Of a DNA stretch of 64,000 nt, positions 38,447-51,556 are shown in pieces. The stretch is taken from assembly GCF_001194135.2 (NCBI RefSeq), contig NC_068995.1:36638460-36702459 (forward strand), in the 5' to 3' direction. The number at the start of each line of letters is the position of its first letter. The stretch's first letter is position 1. This DNA comes from Octopus bimaculoides (taxonomy: Eukaryota). The position numbers and the translations under genes are program-made. Under the pieces are notes generated by a model. It ran no database searches. It saw only the letters and a program-made list of their open reading frames with translations, and was not told where the DNA came from.

Positions 38447-41400
38447 TACAATTATTACAAATTCAAATGCCACCAGATACTACTACAAAAAGTACAGTGA
38501 CCCCTTGGGCAACAACTACCTTACAGTCTAAATTAGTAAGTTAAAAAGATATCCTACATGAAAACATTCAGTACAACCAGGATGTATTGTTATTTTATCA
38601 CTTGAGTGTTTATCCATTGTTGGAAGTCAGTTCAGCAGAACTCATCCCTTCCTATGCAACACTTATAGAGGAGGTAGTGTAAGTTAACAGTTGTCAATTA
38701 CATACTGCTACCACTGCTTACAGTGGTGAATTACTTCATCTCAGCTTGACACTCATCCAGCAGGCCTATGATCAAAGTCTTCCTGTCTTTTTCTTTCAGA
38801 CACTGCATATCTAATATTATATTATCAAATGTGCCCTATAATCTTTCAAGTGGAGCCACTGTGTACACACTCACTTAACTAGTTGAGAGGTGCAATCAGT
38901 TCATGTACCACAGCAGTGATTAATTGTTGATATTTTATTGTAGTTATTTTCTAGAATTTTGAACAGGCCAGAGAGGAGACAAAAGATATTGCCAGAAAAA
39001 TGTCAGAAGCAACTGAGAAAGTAAGCCATTACATCTGGTTCAAGAGAGAAGACAAGTCATACAGCAAGAACAGGTAGTGACCTTGGCAGAATTTGAACTC
39101 AGAACATGACGGCAGATGAAATACCGCTAAGCATTTCGCCCGGTGTGCTAACGTTTCTGCCAGCTTGACTTCTACCAGTTTCTGTCTACCAAATTCATTT
39201 ACTATGCATTAGTAAGCACAAGGTAGAAGACACAGCTGAAGGTGCTGTGCAATGGGACTGAACCCAGAACCATATGGTGAAAGATTCAAAAACCTACATT
39301 AACTGCCATAAACAGGAAGAAGTAACTTTGAAATTACCATTTGAATGTCTGTACTTTAAATGAAATTGTAAGCAAGCTGTGAGAAAAATTTATTTTTAAA
39401 TTACAAAAATAACTAATTTCTGGAATTCTAAAAATATCACTTTACCATTTATGTATCCAGTACATAAGATGGCATCAAAAACAAGATATTAAAGCAAGAA
39501 GTGGGGAAACAGCAGCTCAAACAGTGGCCTGCAATTTATAACAGCTTTGTGTGCCATCAATATCATCTTCATTGATTTTACTGTCACTTTTTCATGCCGG
39601 TATGGGTTGAAATGGATTTTTTTTTTTTTTTTTGTTGAGGATCTGTTTTGCAGCCAGATACCACCTTTTGTAATCCCCTCATATTATACACAACGATATG
39701 TATTTTTTAAAGTCTACTACATATATATGTATGTATACACAATGATACACATTTCTTAAAGTTTTTCTGATGAGATCAGAATAATATCAAAACATGTCTA
39801 AAATTGCCTCCTATACTTATTGGAAAAATGAGACATTGACTCTCACCTTTTTTCTTCACAACATATTTCTTTCAAAATAGCTTTTGAACACTCTATACAT
39901 TAAACATAAAAGCAGAAGCTAATAGCTATACAAAATATAAGTAGTGTCATATTTCTTAGCTTTAGAAAAGCTAAAGGCTAAAAGCAATCAGCTCTTAAGA
40001 TGGACAAACTGATGTAACGCTAGGTTATCAGATTAAGTACAACAAACTTGAAAAGGTTTATAGATGAAATAACAGATAAAGATTGATTGAGTGATTATTG
40101 CTGTGGTGTATGCAATCCATGCCAGCATGGATGACACAAAAAGAAAACGGAAAAGTAATGATGGTTGTAATGACAACGATGACAATGATGTTGTTAGGTA
40201 AATTATATGACAAGGGTTGTTGAGAGAAACATTTTCACTAAGACATTAGAAAGGTTAGAATTATTAGCCCAGACAAACTGTCCATCTCATGGGTTGTCTA
40301 TCATGTTGGAAATAGGTATTACATGTAGAATGTTACTGGCAAAATACTACCATCTGGTCCAGAGAGATTTATCCATCACTCAGTCACAAAAAACCAGTTT
40401 AAAAACTCATCTTTATGACACACTGTAGTATGTAGAACATTAAACTTTTCTGTTGATAGCCTTTATAATAAACCATATAAATCATAGATCAAAGTTTAAA
40501 CGTTCACTTTTCTTACAGATTAAAAACTTTTTTTTTTAAAATTTGCACAGCAAAGTGTACAGAGTATAAATCTTCAGCAAATAATATTAAGCTAAAAAGC
40601 CAACAGCACAATTTATAGGCAATAAGTTATAGTGCTCCCAGCAATCTACCAAACAAAAAAAATTCCATTTTACTGTCAAAAGCAATAACTACCATTGCCA
40701 ATAACATTAGAAATTTATTCCAAAATAGACTTATACAACATTTCTTTTTCTTTTTTGCTTCAATTCAAGAACACCTCTTGAGAATAAATTAAAAAAATTT
40801 AATGACTATTTTTTCCCCCCATCTCATTCAAAGCTGTCAAACTGTAGATGAGAAATCTAAGTCGTGTAAAAACAGAAATTGAGGAAAAAGTTAAAAATTA
40901 ACCAAAAGTGGATTCCTTAATTCCTGTGATACTATTCTGAAATGAAAATTCAAAAGCTGTCCCTGACTAATTTTTGCAAGAAGAATGTAAATATTTATAG
41001 AAAGTAATTCAATTTTTATAGGCTTTTGTTTGAAACTGGATTGTCAACTTCTATTTTCTTAAAAAATAAGTAATTATATTTATAGAACAGATTTGAGACT
41101 GAAAATTAACTTCCTTGTCTATTTCTTCTTATCTTGTCATCCTTTTCTTCATACCTTCTGCTTTTATTTTGTCCTTATAATTACTGTACAACCCCTTTTA
41201 TCACTCAGTCTCTCCCTTTCTCACTATTTCAATGCTAACGTTGCCCTCCCCCCTTTGCCCTGCCATACTAACACTCAGAATTTATTCCTCTGCAGTTACA
41301 GGGGCCCACATTAAGCCCTCAGTCTTGCAGATTGCAAGGTAACCCCACTGGTACTGATGTAATAATTAAAAAAAAAAAACATCTAACATATAATGTAAAG

Positions 41401-41809
41401 TAGTTGGTGTTAGAAAGGACACTCAGCTGCAGAAACCATGTCACATCCTGTTGGACCATTCAACCCATGCAAATACAGAAAACAGTTGTTAAATAATTAT
41501 GATGGTGCAAAACTGTTAAGTAGGTGAAGCATGAGTGAATAGTTAAGAAGTTTATTTTCCAGCTAAAAGGTCCCAGGTCTGATCCTACAGCATAGCATCT
41601 AAGGCAGTGATTCCTTATGTGGGGCATATGTTCCACTATTGGAGCCTGGGAAAATTGTGTTGGAACATGGCATACAAATTTTTTTTTTTAATGGGACATG
41701 GAATTGTGAATATTTTTTCCTTAGTTAATATGTACCTTTTTTTGTACTCAGTACTTAAGAATTACCAGTATTTTCTTTTGTATTAAATAACTGTGTTAAA
41801 ATATTCGTT

Positions 41810-42006
41810 CCAAATTTTGGCACAGAAATTCTGTGGGAAGGGCTAAGTTGATTAGATCGACCTCAGTGCTCAACTGCTATTTATTTTATCAACCATGAAA
41901 GGATGAAAGGCACAGTCGACCCCAACAGCATTTGAACTTAGAATGTAATAACATGAAATACCACTAAGCATTTTGTCCAGCATGCTAACAATTCTGCGAG
42001 CTCACC
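41810..42006 (-). mobile_element. SINE family D
   Basis: Family D consensus. Confidence 0.8.
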
Positions 42007-42427
42007 AACTTGTTGTCATAGCATATTAAAAAATAAGGTCTTTTTCTAACCACCAGCTAGGCATACATTTTTCTGAAAAGTTATAGCGAGGCCTGCCAAG
42101 GGGAAAATAAGTTGGAAAATATTTATCTAAAGTGAATGTCATTTCACTGTCTTAGGTTGACAGAAACTATAGAAGTCAGTCAGGTGGATTGAACCTGTAG
42201 TTCAGATTGTACAGCCTTGTCACACTGATTCTTCCTGATAATTACATTAAGAGTACATTTGTCTATGGAATGCAGCCACTTAGACATTCAGTTGGACAAG
42301 CAACTGAAATCTCATCACCAAATGACAGAGATCCACCACCATTTGTGAAACCAAAAGAGAAAAAAAATAACTTTCACATTTATAAAAGTCTTTTGTATTC
42401 TTCATTTTGTTGAATTTCTTACATCTT

Positions 42428-42780
42428 TTATCTCTTACTTGTTTCAATCATTAGACTGTGGCCATGGTGGAGCACTGCTTTGAAGAATTTGAGTGAAACA
42501 AATCGACCCCAGAACTTTTTTTTTTTTTAAAGCCTAGTATTTTATTGGTCACTTTTGCCAAACTGCCAAGTTGCAGGGATGTAAGCATACTAACACTTGT
42601 TGTCAAACACAAACACACATATTATATATGATGGGCTTCTTTCAGTTTCCATCAACCAAATCCACTTAGTCAGCCCTAGGCTATAGTAGGAGACACTTAC
42701 CCAAGGCACCATGCAGTGGGTTTGAACCTGGAACCAAGTGATTGAGAAGGAAACTTCTTACCACACAAGCACGCCATGCT
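42428..42780 (-). mobile_element. SINE family B
   Basis: Full reverse-orientation copy. Confidence 0.8.
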
Positions 42781-42829
42781 TAATTTTAAATTGTGACTAT
42801 CACTTTTTTCGAAAAGCTTTACATTCGAA

Positions 42830-43250
42830 TTGCGCACAAGATACCCNNNNNNNNNNCACACCATTTTAGTCAATTTTTTGACATACCTACCTAAGTATAT
42901 ACCCACAAGACTTTCAGAAGAATGGATATTTTTTTTAATGAAATTTTCTACAAATATCTTCCAGATGGTAATGATTACAATTCTATCGAATTTAATATTA
43001 TTTAAAAAATATACATACTGACAAATCACAATTTTTCAAAGTTTCAAGTTTAATTTTGTAAATATATATGTAAGGTGTGTCAGTATGCACGAGTGCGCAC
43101 CCAGCGATTTTTTCATTTTCTTTTTTTTTTCAAATTCCTAAATAATCGTAATTTACACCATCTAAAAGATATTTGTAGAAAATTTCATTACAAAATATAT
43201 TTTTTCTAAACGCTATGAGAATATAAAGTCGGCGGAGCACAATTGTATTA
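42830..43250. mobile_element. Fold-back / long-inverted-repeat non-autonomous element
   Basis: The module aatggatatt..aatgaaattttctacaaatat..cagatggt..attac..t.tatcg(g)aattt at ~42920-42995 is inverted at ~43130-43205; same family as 45503-46268. Confidence 0.65.
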
Positions 43251-44149
43251 TAATGCCCCATTTTTAAAAATGTTTTACTGGTTTCATTTTGTAAATCATG
43301 TATCTATTACATTGTAGAAGTATTAGCGTGTGGGCTGCTGGCAAAAAAAGTTTTGAGAAACGCAGTCCTGAAGATTAGGAATAAAAATCTTAACGACACT
43401 AGACTGGAAATGACTGCGGTGACGGTGGGTAAATGAATGATTTCTTAAATAAGCATAAGGTCTCACATTTGGTGTAAAGGTGGCTAAATTTCGATATGAG
43501 TACCGTAGTTGTCAAATACCTAAGATCACCGTAAAGTTTAACAGATTATATTATCGACCACATTACTTGGCTGGTGGTATTTTATTTGATCGATCCCAGA
43601 AGAAAGTCGGTATGTCGGCAGGATCTGAACTCGAAGAGTATTGACAAAATAATGAAGTAAAAGAAAAGGTGAGGTGTCATATAAAGCACACAATCCGAAA
43701 CTTTTAAAGGATTAAAAGAAGCCTTTACAATAAATAATCAAATAATTGATAATTCTTTCTATTTTAGACACAAGGCCTGAAATGTTAAGGGGGGAGGTAG
43801 TCAATTACAATGTATAAACCTAACAATGAAAACACATATACTCAATAAAAGTATTAATTTTATCGACTCCAGAAAAGATAAAAAAAAGCAAAGTTGCCCT
43901 CAGCAGAATATAACAACAACAACAACAAGTGCAAATTTAGCTTCTCTTACTGTTTGTAACTAACATATTTATTAAAGAAAATAGTTAACAATGCTTCGTA
44001 CAAAAACATCCAGATTTTATTAATTACCACTAAACTAATAACAGAAATTGAACAAGATACCCCATAGTTAAACACAACTGAAATATGTAGAGAGAGAGAG
44101 AGAGAGATTTTATACACTTATATACAATTCTCACTCGCACAAACGAAAG

Positions 44150-44530
44150 CCCATGTACACATACACAACACCCTCAAACTCATGTATATATTCACCTAGA
44201 TTTATATACAAGTGCATTCACATACATGTAGTATGCAGGCGCACGCATACACCTACATGTATACAAACAAGCATACACGCACGCGTGTGTATGTATGTGC
44301 ATATATATATATATATACACACACATAATCAGACATATATACACATAATCGCACACACATATATATATATACACACACGCATATATATACATATATACAC
44401 ACACATACATACACACACATACATATACATATATACACACACACACATATATATATATACACACACATACATACACGTAAGTATATGCACGCACATATAC
44501 ATTCATACATAATTACATATACACACGCAC
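44150..44530. repeat. Degenerate (AY)n / (CA,TA) low-complexity tract
   Basis: Direct reading. Confidence 0.9.
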
Positions 44531-44676
44531 ATTTTATATACACACAAAAATACTATATAAGCGTAAGAAAAAACTTTCCTCGATATCAAGCAAAAAAATG
44601 CAATAAAAATATTTGGGGGGGAAAAAAAAGTAAATAAAAAAAGCAAATAGAGATGTCTATGCTTGTTTCTACTAAC

Positions 44677-44722
44677 CAAACATTCCTGAACAGAGTTTGA
44701 AGTCCGAGGATACCGATTCCAT
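44677..44722 (-). CDS. Candidate first coding exon (MESVSSDFKLCSGMF, phase 1)
   Basis: ATG in acaATGG context, donor TTG|gttagt, directly downstream of the promoter-like CpG-richer zone. An alternative upstream ATG frame (MKNLIKKR...ECL) is also open to the same donor. Confidence 0.35.
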
Positions 44723-44799
44723 TGTCCCTGAAGATTACTATTGCTCCGTTTTTTTATTAAATTCTTCATGTCACTCGGCCCAACAAGTTGGTGTAATAG

Positions 44800-44945
44800 C
44801 ATGAAGGAGAAAGTGTTGCCGGCCTAACAACACTGACACACACACGCGGTAAAGTGACGCTGTTGAGGTTTAACTTAGGACCCACCCGGACCAGGCACAA
44901 CGGAAGTGAACCAAACCGGAAAAGAAGAAAAAATCAATCACATCA
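44800..44945. promoter_or_regulatory. Promoter-like CpG-richer segment with ETS-type motifs
   Basis: cggaagtg (44901-44908) and accggaaa (44915-44922) in non-repeat, CpG-retaining sequence. Confidence 0.4.
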
Positions 44946-45292
44946 ACAATACAAATAGGTTTCGTTAACTTTTTGTTTTTCTTTTCTTTTCTTTTCTTTC
45001 GAAGTGGTGGTGGATTTTTGTTCTTTCTTTTCTGTTAGTCTGACTTTATTTCAGAGAAAAAAAATCGTTTCTCGTACAATAATTACCAAGTCTGAATTTA
45101 AATATATATTTCAAAAATTACAACAAATATTAGTTTGGATTTGTTGAGTCAGTGTACTTTGTTTGAGAGACGTGTGCAAGGCAGTGGTTACTTTCTTTCA
45201 CACCCCATCCATTCATTTATTTTACTTCGCTCTTTTTCCTATGCTCCTCCCACTTTCTCTGTACTTTTTTCTCATTTTCTTTTCAATACAAA

Positions 45293-45295
<3 letters not shown>

Positions 45296-45376
<81 letters not shown>
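45296..45376. repeat. (CT)n(AT)n compound microsatellite
   Basis: Direct reading. Confidence 0.95.
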
Positions 45377-45379
<3 letters not shown>

Positions 45380-45502
45380 CACACAAAAATTGTCACATGT
45401 GACATGTTTTCTCTCAAGTTATAAAATACGCATTTCCAATCTCTTCTCTCCCACCCAAACCACCCCTATCCCTATTATAGTCACACGTAAACATACATTG
45501 TC

Positions 45503-46268
45503 TATACAATTGTGCCACCCGCTCTGAATTTGTTTCCTCATAAATTCCTGAAAAATGGATTATCTTTTGACGGAATTTTCTACGAATATGCTCCAGCTGG
45601 TGAAGTTCCGATTATATCAGAATTCGTTGTGAAAAAGTTTTTTTCCGAGCGTGGAAAGAGGAGTTTCGAAAAATTTACTTGAGTTGATTTTGTTTCTTCA
45701 TGAATAGATATTTTTTAAAGAAATTTTCTATAAATACATTTCAGATGGTGTTATATTACGATTATATCGGAATTTAGTATGCAATAAGAAAAACTGGTAG
45801 GCTTGTCTACGTACATATTGACACATCACAAAAGGAAACTTGAAATTTTGAAAACAAGTGTGATGTGTCAGTATGTATGTATACGAACCCACTAGCGTAG
45901 ATAGAAGGAGAGGGCTGGGGCTGTACTTTTAAAGGGGTCTGCTGTAGGCAATGTGTGCGAACCCACTATTTTTTTTTCTCTCTCTTTTACATATTAAATT
46001 TTGATATAGTCGTAATGAACATCTGAAATGTCTTTGTCGAAAATTTCATTAAAAAAATATCCATTTTTCTGAAAGTTATGAAGAAACAAAACCGGCTTTT
46101 GTGAAGTTTCAGACCCCAAACTTTGTTGAAAAAAGTTCGCAATAAATTCCAATATAATCGGAATCTGCACCATTTGAAGCATATTTGTTAAACAAAAAAT
46201 AGCATTCAAAAATATCCATTTTGGGGTGGGTTATGAACAAACAAATTCGGGAGGGCACGTTTGTGTAG
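45503..46268. mobile_element. Fold-back / long-inverted-repeat non-autonomous element
   Basis: Ends tatacaattgtgccacccgctctgaatttgttt / aaacaaattcgggagggcacgtttgtgta; each arm carries two copies of the aatggat..aattttctac..atatcggaattt module. Confidence 0.7.
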
Positions 46269-46277
46269 CTATGCTCT

Positions 46278-47400
46278 TTTTTTTCTTCTTCTTCACATAT
46301 CATACCGTCTGTTCCAGCTCGTATGCGAGCATTGGGTTCGTCAGTTTCTATCCAGTCTCCTAGGAAGACGTTTGTGCCGAATGTGACTTTGGAGTCCGAG
46401 TCGGTGGTGAAAGAGTCGTGGGCAGAATTCGCACAGGATGGTCGGTGCGGATCGAGGATGTTGAAGACGCTCCTTTCTTGTGCGTCTTACCTCCTCATCC
46501 TGTTGTCTGTTCTGCTCGAAGGAGCTGGCTCCATTGCGGATGGCAGTCCTCCAGGCTGTCCTATCCATTGCAATCTGTTCCCATGAGAATGGCTAGATGG
46601 TAGTTTGAGCCAGGGTCCGTTTGAGCTGGTCTTTAAAACGGAATTTCGGGCCTCCTCTGGGTCTTGTTCCGATTGCAAGTTCTCTGTAAAGCATGGTCCT
46701 CGGGAGACGAGAGGACTCCATATGCTGGATGTGACTTGCTCAGCAGAGACGATGGCAAAGAATGGTAGCTTCGACGCTTGGTAGTGAGGCGCAGCGAAGA
46801 ACCTCGTTGTTGATAATGTGTTCTTCCAATCGAATATTGTGGATCTGTCGTAGGTTGGGTTGCTGGAAGCACTCAAGGTGCTTGAAGTCACGGTGGTACA
46901 GCATCCAAGTCTCACGAGCGTAGAGAAGAGTTGACAGGACTGATACGGAAAACCCAATCTTTGTCTGGATAGTCAACGCATGATTGAAGAATACACGTTG
47001 GCTGAGTCTACCGAAGGCGGAGTGGGCCGCCCTGATCCGGTTCTCCACGTACTTTTCCCATGTGGGTGTCTTCGAAAGAATACTCCCAAAGTTTGAGAAG
47101 TGTTCAACTTCTAGGGGTTAGCTGTTGGTGCTAACATTTGTGGGTGGACTGTTCTGGCCTGGTGCAGGTTGGATCAGTGTCTTGGTCTTTAATGTGTTTA
47201 ACTGCATACCGAAGCGTTCATAAGCCGTATTGTAAAGATCTGCCGTCCTTTGTAGGCCATCTACGGTCAGACTCGGGGCGGTATTGTCGTCGGCATACTG
47301 CGTTTCACTGACCGAGATGGCGGAGGTTCTCGTCTTTGCGTGGAGACGTGAGAGACTGAAGAGTCCGTCATCCAAGTGCTAGCGCATGTTGATGGAATCA
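46278..47400 (-). mobile_element. 5'-truncated RTE-clade LINE (RT C-terminus plus terminal zinc finger)
   Basis: QYADD RT motif, FGMQLNTLKTK, RIRAAHSAFGRL, LLYARETW, DRTAWR, terminal CEFCPRLFHHRLGLQSH; (gaa)n tail. Confidence 0.92.
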
Positions 47401-47809
47401 TATGATTATTGATATATACATATCATAGTCTTCAATACTGCACGGTCCCCTCAACACACACACACACACACTCTAGCTTTCTCTCAATCATACGTTCACA
47501 TAAACAATTGCGTAAAAATATCCGAAAAGCCTTTCATGTCTTGTGATCAAACTTTTTCTCCTCAACGCACCCTCCCTCTTTCTCTCCCCACACCACTTTC
47601 TGTCATACAAATATACAGACACTTAGTCGTAAGTTCGCTTCTCACTTGCTGAGACATAACGAGAAATTGATTTCACACACATACTGTGTGTGTGTGTGTG
47701 TGATTAAAAAGTGAAAAGAAAAAAGTTACTCTCAGATTTATCTTTTATCTGAGTACTTTATTCTAAGTCATTGGACATAGCTTCTTTTGAATTTGTCAAC
47801 CCTTAGCAT

Positions 47810-47853
<44 letters not shown>

Positions 47854-47999
47854 TGGGGAAGGCCAATTTATGGGATTACCCTAGGTTTCCCATCCATAAA
47901 GGGTTCGGCTTTATGGCGTATTGTTACATCCCAAAAACCTGTTGGCCCAGGACCTCTTAGAAATATGGAGGGGGAAATGCCTCACTACTCAAAGGTAAT

Positions 48000-48478
48000 A
48001 ATTGGAGATTATCTCCCTTTGCTATTGGCAATCGACTTCCAGCTGTGCCACCATCTTGTAGGCTCCAGGTAGCAGGAACCTCCTGAAATGTAAACATGGC
48101 CCGAAAATTTCCGTTCATGGAGTTGTAGTAACGCCGTGCGCATGCGTAGTCTCACGCATGCGTGGAATTAAACAAGCAAGCTTTCCCGCTTAATTCTATC
48201 TCTTTCTCGGTCGGCCGGCCATGAGCATGGACGTGTCAAGCAGTGTCTCCAACATTCCAACTCTGGAGACAGTCTCTTTACGTGTTTAGCTGTCACTCTC
48301 CATCTTTCGGACTTACACTCGACAGCTCGCTTACATCTACATAACAACATCCCAACAACTATACTCACACACACAGAAGCTGTAACAACAAGAGCTAAAG
48401 ATGTATATATTTACCACCTGAATAAATGTTGTTTAAGTTGATAGTCTGGAGTTCAGCATTCCGTTATATTTCTTAATA
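48000..48478 (+). mobile_element. Solo-LTR-like segment
   Basis: GC-richer ~480-bp block with TATT...AATA ends and AATAAA at ~48420; lies next to the Gypsy pol relic. No TSD confirmed. Confidence 0.4.
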
Positions 48479-48499
48479 TTATATAGGAAAGTCAGGTAT

Positions 48500-49130
48500 A
48501 CATCTAATGATGTATAACCAACTTTCCTATAGAGTTACGGGTGTTCCTTGGTTTAAGCGAGTCTTTTAGGATTCTCACGCATTCACCTATGCATAACTTG
48601 CAATGCTTTGTCCCGTTGGTGTGGGAGCCTGGGTTCTTGAGGATTTTCCATGAGACCAAGTATGGAATCCTATCATCTCTTAGTTGCCAGATGTAGCTGG
48701 CCAGTGATGTTACTTATCTCCTTTCTAGAACTCTGAAGGAGGACTTGTGGTTGGAGAGACATTACTTAAAAGAATTCCCAGAACATCCAATGTATCTCCA
48801 TGGGCGTGTGTTGTTGGTGCTGTACCTTCGTGGGCATGTGTTGTCGGTGCTGTACGTGCTGGTGTCACTGTTGTTGTTGTTGCTGTGGCTGCCAATATGT
48901 TGTTGTTGGAGCTGGGACTGCTGATGTTAATCAAAGAGTACAATATTTATATATCCATCACAGCCAATCTTACTAATCGGTTTCGTACAAAGGATTCAGT
49001 GGTTTGTTAGGTAAAAGTTCAATTATGTATCCCTTGTGCTCTTCAGAGGTAGCCATTATGGAATGGAATATGGTTGTTTGTTGACAAATTTTCCCGCTTT
49101 GTAAGGGTAATTTACCCAATATTTCTGCTG
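48500..49130 (-). mobile_element. Penelope-like element 3' fragment with GIY-YIG endonuclease
   Basis: Minus-strand frame RYIGCSGNSFK*CLSNHKSSFR...TSLASYIWQLRDDRIPYLVSWKIL.....NGTKHCKLC..E, the characteristic PLE C-terminus. Confidence 0.8.
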
Positions 49131-49289
49131 TTCTAATGATGTCTCTGCATTCGAAAATATATTTATCATCTTATTTGTATCTTACAATGCACATTTCCAC
49201 ACTTACAAAAAAAAAACAAATGTTAGTTTGTTTATATATATTTGTAAATATGTGGGTCAGATGTAGTGGAAGGGGCATACGGATGGCAA

Positions 49290-51135
49290 AAATTGTAATA
49301 GTTCAAAGTGCAACACTTGTATTTAAGCCAAAATGTAATGTACTGTTCACAGAGCTAGAACAGGTAAATAAGGAACTTGAAAGCCTAGGAATAATCGAGA
49401 AGGACCACTGAGATTGGGTAGCACCTATGGTCTACATAAAAAAGAAAAATAATAAGTTATGAGTTTGTGCAGATTTTTCAACAGGTTTAAATGATTGCTT
49501 AAGGTCACATAACTACTCATTGTCAAATCCTGAGGAAGCGTTCACAAAATTGAATGGAGAGAAATTCTTCTCAAAATTAGACCTCTCAGAAGCATACTTT
49601 CAAATCCAAGTAGAAGAAGAATTCTCACACTTATTAGCCATTAATACACACAGTGGTTTATTTAAATCTAAGCAGCTTCCCTTCTGTTTAAAAAGTGCTC
49701 CTTCCATTTTTCAACAAGTAATGGATGGGTGACTGTGATTTTGCTATTTAGATGATATCTTAATAAAAACCAAATCACACAAACAACATGTAAAACACTT
49801 AAAAAAGGTATTCGAAAACAAGAGGATATGGCTTGGAGCTGAGTGAAGAAAAATGTGAGTTCTTTCTGAAAAAATGAAATATTTGGGCCAGATAATAGAT
49901 GAAAACAGACGGAAACCAGATCCATCCAGAGCAACTATGATAAAAAATATGCCCATGTCGAATAATGTGACTATCCTACAAGCATTTTGGGGATTAGTAA
50001 ATTACTACCAATTGTATATTCCCAATATACACAATGTAAGGGACCCACTAAATGATTTTTTAAAGAAAAATACAAAATGGTGCTGGACTGATAAGTGCCA
50101 GAAGGCATTTGACAAATTAAAAAACATTTTAACATCAAACTTATCGTTAACGCATTTTGATCTGAAGCTACAGATGCAAGTTATTACGGTGTAGGATCAG
50201 TGCTTCTGCACAAATATGACAATGGCCTATGCATCACGACCATTATTACTAGCCGAAAGGGACTGCAGCCGAATAGAAAAGGAAGCGTTAGCAATTATAT
50301 TCGATGTAAAAAAATTCCGTAGAGTTACGCATGGAAGAAGTTTCTGTCTAAAAAGAGATCACCATCCACTACTATCGATATATGGTTCTAAAAAGGGAAT
50401 GCTAACACACACAGCTAATAGACTACAGTGATGGGGCACTACATTGCTGAATTATGATTTCAAAATGGAATATTTACTGTCAAAGAAACTAAGGCATGCG
50501 GAGGGTTTGTCCAAACTGATACCAAAACACTGTGAGTCATTCGAAGATATGGTAATTGCAGCATTAAGATCAGAAGGAGAAATAAAAAATGTAATGTGGA
50601 ATGTAGTAAGCGAATTACTGGTGACCCTAGAAGACATAAAACAAAACGCAGAAAAGGACAAATTCATAACAAAAATGAAAAGAATATTGAGGACAGGAAC
50701 AGGATTGGTGTGAAACAAAATCAAGATGTGAACCTATACTCAATTTGTGATAGTGTACTGATGTCTGCACAGAAAGTAGTAATACCTGAAACACTACAAA
50801 CGAAAATGTTGAGCAAATTCCATGTTGGACATCTTGGTATTTTGGGGATGAAAGCTTTAATGCATAGCTACATGTACTGGTCAAAAATGGATAGAGAAAT
50901 TGAAAATTTAGTGAAAGGCTGCAGAGGATATGCTCTAGCAGCAAAATTACCAATGATAAAAAGTGAACCTTAGCCAAAAGTAGATGTTCCTTGGTCGAGG
51001 CTACACACTGATTTCACTGGTCCTTAGTGGTAGTAGATAGTTTCTCTAAATGGTCAGAAATTTGTAAGTATAAAAAGCCAAACTCCTCAATTACAACAAA
51101 CTTTCAACATGAGCTGTTTGTGAGATTTGGTGAGT
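49290..51135 (+). pseudogene. Ty3/Gypsy pol relic (RT - RNase H - integrase N-terminus)
   Basis: WVAPMV, CADFSTGLN, FSKLDLSEAYFQI, SAPSIFQQVMD, YLDDIL, AYASR...IEKEALAI, DHHPLL, H-X4-H..C zinc-binding region, PWSRLHTDF; many stops and frameshifts. Confidence 0.93.
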
Positions 51136-51481
51136 ACAGAAAATACCAATTCTATCTTTTTATTTGGTATATATTAAACATCATTACTGAAATAATCACA
51201 AAATTAATTTTGTAGCTATAACGATAAGCCTGTTGCTCATCAACCCTCTTAACAACCAACCCAGAACTTTAACGGTGTTCCTAAATCTGATTCAACACGT
51301 TTTTATACCCACAACACCAAAAGGATGAAAAGCAAAATCAAGCTCTGCAGCACTTGAACTCAGAACGTAAAGAGCAAGACGTCATGCCACTAAGTCTTTT
51401 GTCTGGCACAGTAATGAATCTACCAGCTCACTGCCTTAGATACCCAAAACATTATAATAGGTAAAAATGTACACAGCTTAC

Positions 51482-51556
51482 CTTGGCCTCTGCACTGTTC
51501 ATATTTTTGTTGCATTCAATAACTTTTGGTGATTTCCAATCTGTCTTTTCCATGGT
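51482..51556 (-). CDS. Candidate 75-bp exon (TMEKTDWKSPKVIECNKNMNSAEAK)
   Basis: Acceptor gtattttcAG, donor AAG|gtaagc, 25 open codons including an ATG in accATGG context; unique sequence between repeats. Confidence 0.45.

Noticed and set aside
44153-44543. His/Tyr/Ile- or Val/Cys-rich ORFs
   Set aside because: Translations of an (AY)n tract.
44677-44722. Resemblance of MESVSSDFKLCS to the NOL11 N-terminus
   Set aside because: Too short, and I could not find matching downstream exons, so no gene symbol was assigned.
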